Below, piece by piece: positions 35,591 through 46,677 of a stretch of DNA of 64,000 bases (positions are counted from its first letter, which is position 1; each line of letters begins with the position of its first letter). The notes under the pieces are model-generated. The model ran no database searches and was not told the origin of the DNA. It was given only the letters and a program-made list of their open reading frames with translations. Both the position numbers and the translations under genes were made by a program. The stretch is from contig JAFSCS010000001.1 in the NCBI GenBank assembly GCA_017436675.1, forward strand, positions 9,472 to 73,471, given 5' to 3'. This DNA comes from Clostridia bacterium. GTDB lineage: Bacteria > Bacillota > Clostridia > Oscillospirales > CAG-382.

Positions 35591-38188
35591 TTATTTAATA
35601 TTAACTGTTACCTTTGCTTCGCCCGTGCGTATGGATGAGCCGATAATCACTGTAAAGCTATCTTCGCCGACAAAGCCGTCGATCGGGTAATATTCATATA
35701 CACCGTTTTCGATCTCCTTGACGGAGCCGTATTTGGGAGCGACGTTGATGGCGCAGCCCGACAGCATTCCGCTTTCTGTCTCGAGATTGATCGTGAGCGT
35801 TTCTCCCGCCTTACCCTCAAAGCTATCAGTTTTGAGCTTTGGTGCATCAAGCGTCAATTTGCCTTTAGCGTAGAGATAGGTATCGTCATAGATCGAATGG
35901 ATCACAGGATCGGTGGATTTATAAGCAGAATAATATACTCCGGGGCCGCCGTCTTGATAATACATCTTGATGGAGTTCATATAACCCGTTTCCACGCCGA
36001 CACGAAGATAGGTGCGATATCTTTCGAGGTATTCGCCCTTATCGAATGCATCACCGCTGATCTCGATCTCAACGCCCAAGCCAAGCTGTTTGCTGAGTGT
36101 CGCATTATCATATACGCGGTTTGCAGTAGCGTCCTCATGGAACATATAGTTCGGTTGCATACAAGCTGCATCGAAGCCATACGATTTCCAATCACGAAAG
36201 CCCGGTGATTGATAATAGGGGATCCAGATGAAGAGATATCCGAGAGAATGGAGGTAATCAGCGGTAAATTTCAAAAGCTCACCTTCTTGGGGGTCACCCG
36301 TTTCGATAGCTTCGTGATACCAATAGAAGCCGTCAAGACGGAGGTTATCGTATCCGCCCGCTTCATAACGAGCGATAAGGCGGTCGATCCACCATTTTAT
36401 TACCTTTTTTCTATCCTCAATATTATTAAAATCTTCGTTCACTCCGTCGCCGTCAACGTCGCCGAAGTTTTTGTCGCCGTGTACTGTCGAGAATATCGAG
36501 AAGTATATCGGCATCGTTGTGTCCGTTCCGAGAGCAGCATCCATCTCGTCAACTGCAAGTGAAAGTCCTTCAACGTTATTATCCTCATAGAAGAGGTCAT
36601 CCTCAAACGCCAACCAGTCGCTCTTATTAGCAGGCGCAGCGGGATTATAATAAAGTCTTCCGCCCGACGGACATACTGTCATACACGGCAAGAAAAGGAA
36701 CGAATCGAAGAAGGTATCAACGATGTTGCCGTCTTTATCCATATATGCTACGTAGGGGAGGTATTCTTCTTTTGTATTCAAGCCCGTTGCGGGGTTTTCA
36801 CATTTGAAGGTATAGGAGAGCATCAGGTTTTGTGCGCCCTTCAAAACGTCTGATGAGAGATACTCGTTCGGGTATTTTATAATCAAATCAGAAAGTTCGA
36901 TATCTTTTGCATTTTCGACATTCTTTTTGCCGAACACTTCTATCTCATCTATCCAAACGTGACTTCCAACACTAAACTCGACTTTAACAAATCTCGCTTT
37001 TGTCGCATCAAATTCAGCAACGTAATTCACTCTTCCCGCATCATTTGAGGTCGTGGGGATGCCTCTGTCGATCACGCCCCAGCTTTTTCCGTCCATAGAG
37101 CCATAAACGGTTACGAGTGTTGAAGCCTCGATACCTGCTGAACCATGGAAATATCCTATTGTTACCTTTGATACTGCGCTGATCTTATCAAGATCAAAAA
37201 TAACTTCTCTGCTTTCAGAACGCGAAAAATGGAAATATTCACCATTACCGTAATCGGAATCTGCTGAAGCTTTTTTGCCGTTAGTGAGAAGTGGGCTTGT
37301 GATTGGTGAATTGTAATAAGTCGTTTGGTATACTGTGTCGAGAATAACGCCTGCATAGATACGATATGATTTTCCGAGTACGAGGTTCTTGACGTCGTTA
37401 TAGTCGCTTTCGCTTGAGCTCCAATAGATATCCTCCTTGACCTCGGGAAGAGCGGGGCTCTTATAGTATTCGGGTGTCGTTCCGACATCCTCGTCCTTCG
37501 GCTTATCCTTATATTTATATACGCAAAACTCATCAACGTAGAGCCAGATAGACGTCAACGCTTCCTTCGGAACACTCGCTCTGACGTATCTTGCATCGAC
37601 GCCGCTTTGCAGCTTCAAGTCAAACAATATATTCGTATTATCGGCAGGGTTCGCTGTGCGATACACCTTTCCGAGCTCGGTGAAGTTTACTCCGTCTGTC
37701 GAAATGGAATATACAACGTATTTCGGGAGTATAGCCGTCATCGACTTCGCGCTTACCACACTCAATCCGATGTCGCAGATCTCGCTCGTTACCTCGCCGA
37801 GATCAAGCGTTATATCAACGCCCTTTCTTCCGACGAATGCGATCGAGCAAAGCGTTCCCTCATAAGTGCCGCCGGTCATAAATACGCCGTCGGTGAGCTT
37901 CGTTCCGTTTTCGTCGGGGAGTCCGTCGTAGATCTCTCTTGACGTGGTATACGGTTTACCTGATGAAATAACGTAACGTTCCTTGTCAGTACGATCTATC
38001 TCATATTTATACAATGCGTTGAGCTCATCGACCGTTGGAGCTTTCGTACTCGTGCTTTCATCGATGCTTTCCTCCAAGCTAACGTCCGCGCTCACTTCTC
38101 CGTTGCTCTCTTCGCCCGTCGGTGTACAAGCGAAAAGCGTCGGCAACAGCAGTGATGCAAGAAGGACCAAAACAATTAATCTTTTCAT
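35591..38188 (-). CDS. Lipoprotein with discoidin-like (F5/8 type C) domains and a DUF4855-like C-terminal region
   Basis: Lipobox 'PTLFAC' with an acidic linker. 'DTFFDSFLFLPC...', 'LRLDGFYWYHE' and 'GYLFIWIPYYQSPGFRDW' match my recollection of DUF4855. 865 aa. Confidence 0.55.
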   Translation of the reverse strand: MKRLIVLVLLASLLLPTLFACTPTGEESNGEVSADVSLEESIDESTSTKAPTVDELNALYKYEIDRTDKERYVISSGKPYTTSREIYDGLPDENGTKLTDGVFMTGGTYEGTLCSIAFVGRKGVDITLDLGEVTSEICDIGLSVVSAKSMTAILPKYVVYSISTDGVNFTELGKVYRTANPADNTNILFDLKLQSGVDARYVRASVPKEALTSIWLYVDEFCVYKYKDKPKDEDVGTTPEYYKSPALPEVKEDIYWSSSESDYNDVKNLVLGKSYRIYAGVILDTVYQTTYYNSPITSPLLTNGKKASADSDYGNGEYFHFSRSESREVIFDLDKISAVSKVTIGYFHGSAGIEASTLVTVYGSMDGKSWGVIDRGIPTTSNDAGRVNYVAEFDATKARFVKVEFSVGSHVWIDEIEVFGKKNVENAKDIELSDLIIKYPNEYLSSDVLKGAQNLMLSYTFKCENPATGLNTKEEYLPYVAYMDKDGNIVDTFFDSFLFLPCMTVCPSGGRLYYNPAAPANKSDWLAFEDDLFYEDNNVEGLSLAVDEMDAALGTDTTMPIYFSIFSTVHGDKNFGDVDGDGVNEDFNNIEDRKKVIKWWIDRLIARYEAGGYDNLRLDGFYWYHEAIETGDPQEGELLKFTADYLHSLGYLFIWIPYYQSPGFRDWKSYGFDAACMQPNYMFHEDATANRVYDNATLSKQLGLGVEIEISGDAFDKGEYLERYRTYLRVGVETGYMNSIKMYYQDGGPGVYYSAYKSTDPVIHSIYDDTYLYAKGKLTLDAPKLKTDSFEGKAGETLTINLETESGMLSGCAINVAPKYGSVKEIENGVYEYYPIDGFVGEDSFTVIIGSSIRTGEAKVTVNIK

Positions 38189-38204
38189 TTTTCAAAAATC
38201 CTTT

Positions 38205-39524
38205 CTATTGCATTATTATCTTATACCTTACCTCGTTTCGCACCTTCGAAAGCAAAACAAACGTCAGCACGATCCAAGCTACAGTAACAATGGCTTCTGT
38301 TTCTACGATATATTTTCTTATCGGCATATAGATGATCATCGCTCCGCTGAGCAAAACGCTCATTATCGACAACAATCGCGGCATAAAGAACAACGTCGTC
38401 GCGTCCTTGTCGGTCATAACGTCACAAAAATGCTTCAACTCACGATACACTATCAGCACGACCATCAGCGATGCACAGATATATACGACACCGACGATCG
38501 CCATCGTCAGCTTTGCTTCGGTCGGCGCTTCGTGGTAGGACTCGGCAAGTGAGAGACCGTAGCTGAAATAGTCGGCAAATCGGAAGCGATAAAAATACAC
38601 TACGCCCTGAACTGCCGCCAATATCGGCAACAGCTTCGTCAACGACTCGGAATAGAGCTTTCTTATCAAGAAAAAACCAAGGAAGATCAGAAGCGTTCCG
38701 ACAAAATGAGGCATATAGTATTTGAAATCGACCACCAGATTGAAATAGAGAACGCATCCCGCTCCGATAAACGAGCAAGCAAGGCGAGTTCTCGTCAAGG
38801 TATAATATTTCGTGTTATCCTTTATCTCGCTTTTATATCTCTCGCCGAGGCGAGTCATCAAGGTCGAATTCTTTCTGATATCACGGAAGGTCTTCGAAAT
38901 TTGGCTGAGCCAATATATACCCAATATTAGCGAGAGCACCATACACAACAGCATCGTCGTGTTTTTCAAATTAAAGATACTCATCAGCCAATCGTAATTC
39001 TCGATATTGATCTCGGCTTCAAGCTGAAAAAGCGGGAAAAGCTCGGGGATGAGTGTAAGCACGACCCTCGCGATCAGGAAAAACGAGGTGATACTTCTTG
39101 CATTCGTTATCGCACCGAAGGATGCCTCGCCATCGTTTCGTGCGGCAAGATACTCGAGTCCGTCGAAAAGATGCTTTGAATACATCACGATGCATATTAT
39201 CTCGCATACGGAGAACGCCGTCACCAAAAGCATAAACAGGTTGGTGTCCGAACTTGCCTTCGAATTGATCCGATCGAGCATCAAGACACCCAAGATAAAT
39301 CTTGCGCCCGAGATGGCGCTGAGGTAATAGGTCAGCTTCTTTAGTGCGAAGATATCTTCGTTGAACTCGGAAAACTCGCTGAGCGCGATATATATGAGTA
39401 TCCAGCCGACAACGTCGGGAAACAAGTCATAGAGGCTGAACGTCGGAAACAAAAGGAACAACAGTCCGAGCGTCATCATTGGTGAGAAAAACTTTTTCAG
39501 CCCATAGTTTTCTTTTTTGAACAT
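38205..39524 (-). CDS. Hypothetical polytopic membrane protein (439 aa)
   Basis: At least 10 hydrophobic helices. It contains two copies of a motif ('DLFPDVVGWILIYIAL', 'MPHFVGTLLIFLGFFLI') that the adjacent 208-aa protein also carries. Confidence 0.55.
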   Translation of the reverse strand: MFKKENYGLKKFFSPMMTLGLLFLLFPTFSLYDLFPDVVGWILIYIALSEFSEFNEDIFALKKLTYYLSAISGARFILGVLMLDRINSKASSDTNLFMLLVTAFSVCEIICIVMYSKHLFDGLEYLAARNDGEASFGAITNARSITSFFLIARVVLTLIPELFPLFQLEAEINIENYDWLMSIFNLKNTTMLLCMVLSLILGIYWLSQISKTFRDIRKNSTLMTRLGERYKSEIKDNTKYYTLTRTRLACSFIGAGCVLYFNLVVDFKYYMPHFVGTLLIFLGFFLIRKLYSESLTKLLPILAAVQGVVYFYRFRFADYFSYGLSLAESYHEAPTEAKLTMAIVGVVYICASLMVVLIVYRELKHFCDVMTDKDATTLFFMPRLLSIMSVLLSGAMIIYMPIRKYIVETEAIVTVAWIVLTFVLLSKVRNEVRYKIIMQ

Positions 39525-39536
39525 TCCGACTCCTTT

Positions 39537-40163
39537 CTATTCCTCGTCATCGTTGAATATCTTCTTGCGCTTCGCTTTTTTCTCCTTTTCCTTCTCCTCA
39601 AACTCGATGTCGCTCTCGATCTCTCTTTCGAGAAGGCGCGGAGTCGTTATCGACGCAAAGCAGGAATAGATGAAATAGATATTCAAAAGAAGGACGATAT
39701 ATTGGAATACCGTTACTATCACGAGAAAGTTTGTGACAAATTCCGTTTGGGTGAACACTATCATCAATATCCTCAAAACGAAATAGAGTGCTGTGAAATA
39801 TCTCGTGGTGTTAGCCAACCGCTCAAGCGAGAAGGCTTTATTTTGATGTGCAAAGCGTGCAACGGCAATTTGGAACAAGAGACATATCGCGGTGTAGCAG
39901 AGCACGATCACGACCTCGACACCGAGCCTCGCTATCGCCTCGCCACCCTTGTCGCTGACCTCGATGACGCCATATCTGACAAGCATTCTGAAAGCCGAGC
40001 AAACACATCCGATCATTGCGGGTGCAATGCTGTATTTTACTATCGGGAAATGCTGACCTATGAGATACGCGCCATAGGCGAGTGTTGCATACCCGATGAA
40101 ATCAAATCCTAATATCTCGAAAAGCAAAATTGCAAATCCGACTAAAACAACGCCAAATCCCAA
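39537..40163 (-). CDS. Hypothetical polytopic membrane protein (208 aa)
   Basis: About 6 hydrophobic helices, the motif 'GFDFIGYATLAYGAYLI', and a charged tail 'EKEKEKKAKRKK'. It starts 12 nt downstream of secA. Confidence 0.55.
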   Translation of the reverse strand: MGFGVVLVGFAILLFEILGFDFIGYATLAYGAYLIGQHFPIVKYSIAPAMIGCVCSAFRMLVRYGVIEVSDKGGEAIARLGVEVVIVLCYTAICLLFQIAVARFAHQNKAFSLERLANTTRYFTALYFVLRILMIVFTQTEFVTNFLVIVTVFQYIVLLLNIYFIYSCFASITTPRLLEREIESDIEFEEKEKEKKAKRKKIFNDDEE

Positions 40164-40175
40164 TTTATTTTCTCC

Positions 40176-42917
<2,742 letters not shown>

Positions 42918-43021
42918 TTCGGACTCCTTTCCCCTAAAAATAATTATACAAGTCTATTATACTACATTTTAAAGGAAAATGGTAGTGTTTTAATAATTTT
43001 TCTTTAAATTTTCATATAAAA

Positions 43022-43047
43022 AACAAAACGCCCCCGAAGGAGCGTTT
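43022..43047 (-). terminator. Candidate intrinsic terminator
   Basis: Minus-strand AAACGCUCC-UUCG-GGGGCGUUU followed by UGUU; the U-tract is weak. Confidence 0.45.
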
Positions 43048-43204
43048 CGAAAGGAGAATATTTAGTTGTATGAGGCTTTAGGCAATACCCTCGGTTATCT
43101 TTTTGCTCCAATAGTCATCGCTTGCTGCTATAGGATTTGCAAACAGAAAAAACAGAAAGTAAAAATTAAAAAAGTTGAAAATAATTTTTTCATAACGCCC
43201 TATG

Positions 43205-43990
43205 TTAATTGTTAAATAATCTTCCGTATCTCATAACGTAATAATCATCTGTTTTATAAAGATATTTAGAATTTCTTGTTGTCTCATCTGTCGGAATAAC
43301 GTCAAAACCGTCACCGGCAATCTCATCTTTTGTATCATCATCAAGATATACCAAAATTCTAAAAAGACATGAACCTTTTCCCACGTGGTTTGTATCTTCA
43401 CCTGACAAGCCCGAACCATACACATAGTGATATTTATCTTCTAAATAAATGTCCTCGGTGTCGATATTATATTTATCCATAAGATCAGAGATCATAATAC
43501 CTTTTACTTCGTCGCGTAATGAGCTCATATTATGCACTATTTCATCGACGATTGGATCTTCCCAAAGTAACTCATTAATATTTGAGAGGTCATAATCATA
43601 CTTTTCTTTATACAATTCAACAATACGGCTCCAAACTAAATCAATGTCCACAAAATAAAGCGCTTTATTGCTTTTAAAACATTCAAACGTTATTACTTCA
43701 ATTTCATCATCTTCTATAGGGTCTGTTCCCAAACGCAACCTTAATGTAGTCATATCTTCTGTATTATCAGACACATCCTCGCTGACAGTCTCAGACTCAT
43801 CTTCGCTCTCGTCTGTTGACACATCCTCGCTCACCACATCCGACACATCCTCGCTCACCGTTTCCGACACCGCCTCACTCACGTCCGCCGAGCTCTCTGC
43901 CTTGCTTTCCTCGTCAGGTGTGCAGGCAACAACGCCGAGAAACAGTGACACAAGCAAGATAGATGAGATAATAAATTTTAATTTTTTCAT
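43205..43990 (-). CDS. Lipoprotein with long acidic VSED-type linker
   Basis: Lipobox 'LGVVAC' followed by 'ADVSEAVSETVSEDVSDVVSEDVSTDESEDESETVSEDVSD'. The C-terminal ~170-aa domain is unrecognised. Confidence 0.6.
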   Translation of the reverse strand: MKKLKFIISSILLVSLFLGVVACTPDEESKAESSADVSEAVSETVSEDVSDVVSEDVSTDESEDESETVSEDVSDNTEDMTTLRLRLGTDPIEDDEIEVITFECFKSNKALYFVDIDLVWSRIVELYKEKYDYDLSNINELLWEDPIVDEIVHNMSSLRDEVKGIMISDLMDKYNIDTEDIYLEDKYHYVYGSGLSGEDTNHVGKGSCLFRILVYLDDDTKDEIAGDGFDVIPTDETTRNSKYLYKTDDYYVMRYGRLFNN

Positions 43991-44006
43991 AAAAATTCCC
44001 CTTTAT

Positions 44007-44534
44007 TTACATTTTATTGGCGTCAAATCTAGCAATCTTTCCCGGATAGTATTTGTTAATCAGTGCAAGAACCTCTCCGAGTTTTTTACCACATCTTACG
44101 CATAAAATCCTACCATGATAGTAATCTCTGTAAAACGATTTTTCATAAACTCCATAATTTTTAACAGAAGGTGGCAATGGTCTATACACTTTTCCTTGCT
44201 GACAATTTAGCAGCAATGTTTGCGTAGAATATTTTTGCAACGGGTCAATTCCAACCATAATGTCAAAAATTTCATCCCATTTCACACGACGATATGCAAT
44301 ACCAAAAATCGAAACGGTAATTCCTTCTGCTGATATATCATAGTATTTGAATTCAGAAAAGGCACAACCGCCAAGAACAACAAAGCCTATCGCACACATC
44401 ATCCAGATTGCTATGTAAAGCTCGACTTGAAGATTCGGTTGCTGTAATGTAATTAACTTAGGCACAAATAAAATGCACAACACAAATACTGTCAATGCAC
44501 AAGCTGAACCAAAATGTTGAATTCGTATCTTCAT
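44007..44534 (-). CDS. Hypothetical membrane protein (2 TM helices plus a soluble domain)
   Basis: The track start at 44540 is GTG. ATG 44534 is preceded by AAGGAGAGG. Confidence 0.5.
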   Translation of the reverse strand: MKIRIQHFGSACALTVFVLCILFVPKLITLQQPNLQVELYIAIWMMCAIGFVVLGGCAFSEFKYYDISAEGITVSIFGIAYRRVKWDEIFDIMVGIDPLQKYSTQTLLLNCQQGKVYRPLPPSVKNYGVYEKSFYRDYYHGRILCVRCGKKLGEVLALINKYYPGKIARFDANKM

Positions 44535-44551
44535 ATACACCTCTCCTTTTG

Positions 44552-44638
44552 ATAAAAATAAAAAACCGCAAGGGTGTTCTACCCCTGCGGTGATGCGCTG
44601 ATGATGGTTTAAAAGGATACTCCCGCAGGGGTAGTCAT
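44552..44638 (-). promoter_or_regulatory. Candidate transcription attenuator (terminator/antiterminator plus a 9-codon leader ORF)
   Basis: On the minus-strand RNA, S1 CUACCCCUGCGG (44623-44634) pairs perfectly with S2 CCGCAGGGGUAG (44579-44590). S2 also pairs with S3 ACCCUUGCGGU (44565-44575), and that hairpin is followed by UUUUUAUUUUU just upstream of the RBS. The ORF ATGACTACCCCTGCGGGAGTATCCTTTTAA (44638-44609) overlaps S1. Confidence 0.4.
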
Positions 44639-44802
44639 ATTTTCTTGTTCAAGTTCTAACTGTCCCATCGGTCCGTACCTCGCTTTCTTATTCTGTTTCC
44701 ATTATATATATTTTATTGATGTTTGTCAATATGGTGTTGATTTTTTTGGATTTTTTTAGTATAATTAACTTATTGAAACGTTCGCACGAAAGGATCATCA
44801 CG

Positions 44803-45297
44803 ATGCTTGACATTCAAGTAGCACTACACGAGCCCGAGATACCGCAAAACACGGGCAACATCTCGCGCACCTGCGCCGTTACGGGTGCGGGGCTTCATCT
44901 GATCAAACCGCTCGGATTTACCATTACCGACTCGAAGCTGAAACGCGCGGGGCTTGATTATTGGAACGAGCTTGAGCTTTATTACCACGACAGCATCGAG
45001 GAGCTGTTTGCTCGGCTTCCCGACTACAAATTCTATTATTTTTCGACAAAGGCATCTAAGTGCTACAGCGACGTTGATTACAGCGGAAAGGTTTGTCTCG
45101 TTTTCGGAAAAGAGACGAAGGGACTTCCCGAATCCCTTTTACGTGAGCATCCCGAAAGATGTGTTCGTATTCCGATGCGCGACGAGCTTCGCAGCCTCAA
45201 CCTTTCGAATTCAGTCGCTATTGCCGTTTATGAGGCGCTTCGCCAAAACGGTTTTTGCGAGCTCAACAAGGTTGGGCATCTTACTGAGCAAGAGTAA
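44803..45297 (+). CDS. trmL: tRNA (cytidine/uridine34-2'-O)-methyltransferase
   Basis: SpoU/TrmL blocks 'LHEPEIPQNTGNISRTCAVTG', 'LVFGKETKGLP' and 'SLNLSNSVAIAVYEALRQ'. The start is set at the internal ATG 44803; the track N-terminal extension is not protein-like. Confidence 0.9.
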   Translation: MLDIQVALHEPEIPQNTGNISRTCAVTGAGLHLIKPLGFTITDSKLKRAGLDYWNELELYYHDSIEELFARLPDYKFYYFSTKASKCYSDVDYSGKVCLVFGKETKGLPESLLREHPERCVRIPMRDELRSLNLSNSVAIAVYEALRQNGFCELNKVGHLTEQE

Positions 45298-45318
45298 ATT
45301 TTTAACAAGGAGACCTAT

Positions 45319-46611
45319 ATGAAGAAATTTTCCGTTTTACTTCTTTTGGCGCTAATACTTCCGATCTTATTTTCCTGCGGTGGCGAGACGTCCGACGTAT
45401 CCACCACCTCTTCACCCACCGAGGTCAGCCTTCCCGACACCGACGATATGCAAGAGCTGCTCGACAGCGACAAGTTTGTCGAAAAGACGGCAGATCCCGA
45501 GATCGTCGAGGGTGCATCCGTCAGCGACGGCAGAGGCGTTGTTTCGGGATACTGTGAAACAGGTGCGGTCATCTATTTTTGCCGTGAGGGCAAGGTATTA
45601 AGCAAAGTAAACAGTGTTGACGGCACGTTTTTGGCTGAGTTTGAGATAAAGCAAAACGATTCACCGCTCACGCTCGACATATATGCGAAGACGGACTCAA
45701 AGGGATTCAGCGAGTCTGTTGAGGTGCGCTTGTTCTTCAAGACGAAGATCGAGGAGCTTGCGCAATCGATCGTTCGATTCGGCAGCGACGGTTGGCTCTT
45801 CTTCACAAACACCGAGCCGCAATACACGAACAACGATGTCCTCGAGGAAAAATTGACCAATATGATCACTCGCCGTGCGAAGCAAAAGGTCGATTGGTTG
45901 AAGCAAAACAAGGATGCGGAGCTGATCTATCTCCTTATACCGAACACCAACGAGATCTACAGCGAGTATATGCCGTCATCGATAGTCAAGGGCAGCGAGT
46001 CCTTGATGAAGCAGGTCGGCGATGCGCTCACGGAGGGTGGTGCTACGGTGCTCACCGTCACGGATGAGCTTTTCGCACACAAGGACGACGGATTCGATCT
46101 ATTCCACAAGACAGACAGCCACTGGACAGAATACGGGGCATATTTTGGATACAAGACGCTTTTCGACTATATTTCGAAGGACTTCCCTGCCGCAGCACCG
46201 AGACCGATGACCGATTTCACGTTTGAGCGTGTTGTCAAGGATGCTGGCGACCTCTATTATGACCTTGGATTTGACGAAAAGAAATTCAAGGTGACGTCCA
46301 CGTTTGCGACCGAAAAATTCGACACCGGCGTTGATATGCCGAAATATATGACAGACGATGCAACTCGTATCAACGAAGCAACGATGGAATATATGTCATT
46401 CTCAAGCTCAGACACGAGCAAGCCGAACGTCTTCGTTATGCGCGACTCTTATTCGGTAATGATGTTCGATTGGATCGCTGAAAGATGCCAAAACGTCGTA
46501 TATAAACCGCTTTGGGAATTCGGCTTCCACACCGAAGAGATCGAAGGAATGGACGTTGACTACGTTATCTACATAATCTGCGAAATGAATATCCTTTCGA
46601 TACTTCGATGA
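45319..46611 (+). CDS. Lipoprotein, AlgJ/AlgX-like (DHHW-family) SGNH putative O-acyltransferase
   Basis: Lipobox 'PILFSC' with an acidic linker. 'LIPNTNEIY' and 'FHKTDSHWTEYGAYFGY' resemble the D-x-H-W signature of AlgJ/DHHW proteins. Confidence 0.55.
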   Translation: MKKFSVLLLLALILPILFSCGGETSDVSTTSSPTEVSLPDTDDMQELLDSDKFVEKTADPEIVEGASVSDGRGVVSGYCETGAVIYFCREGKVLSKVNSVDGTFLAEFEIKQNDSPLTLDIYAKTDSKGFSESVEVRLFFKTKIEELAQSIVRFGSDGWLFFTNTEPQYTNNDVLEEKLTNMITRRAKQKVDWLKQNKDAELIYLLIPNTNEIYSEYMPSSIVKGSESLMKQVGDALTEGGATVLTVTDELFAHKDDGFDLFHKTDSHWTEYGAYFGYKTLFDYISKDFPAAAPRPMTDFTFERVVKDAGDLYYDLGFDEKKFKVTSTFATEKFDTGVDMPKYMTDDATRINEATMEYMSFSSSDTSKPNVFVMRDSYSVMMFDWIAERCQNVVYKPLWEFGFHTEEIEGMDVDYVIYIICEMNILSILR

Positions 46612-46641
46612 TCTCTATATCTAAAAAAATACATATCAAAC

Positions 46642-46677
46642 AAAAAATCGTTGAGGTTTCCCTCAACGATTTTTTTA
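46642..46677. terminator. Bidirectional intrinsic terminator
   Basis: A6-ATCGTTGAGG-TTTC-CCTCAACGAT-T7 between convergent genes. Confidence 0.7.
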
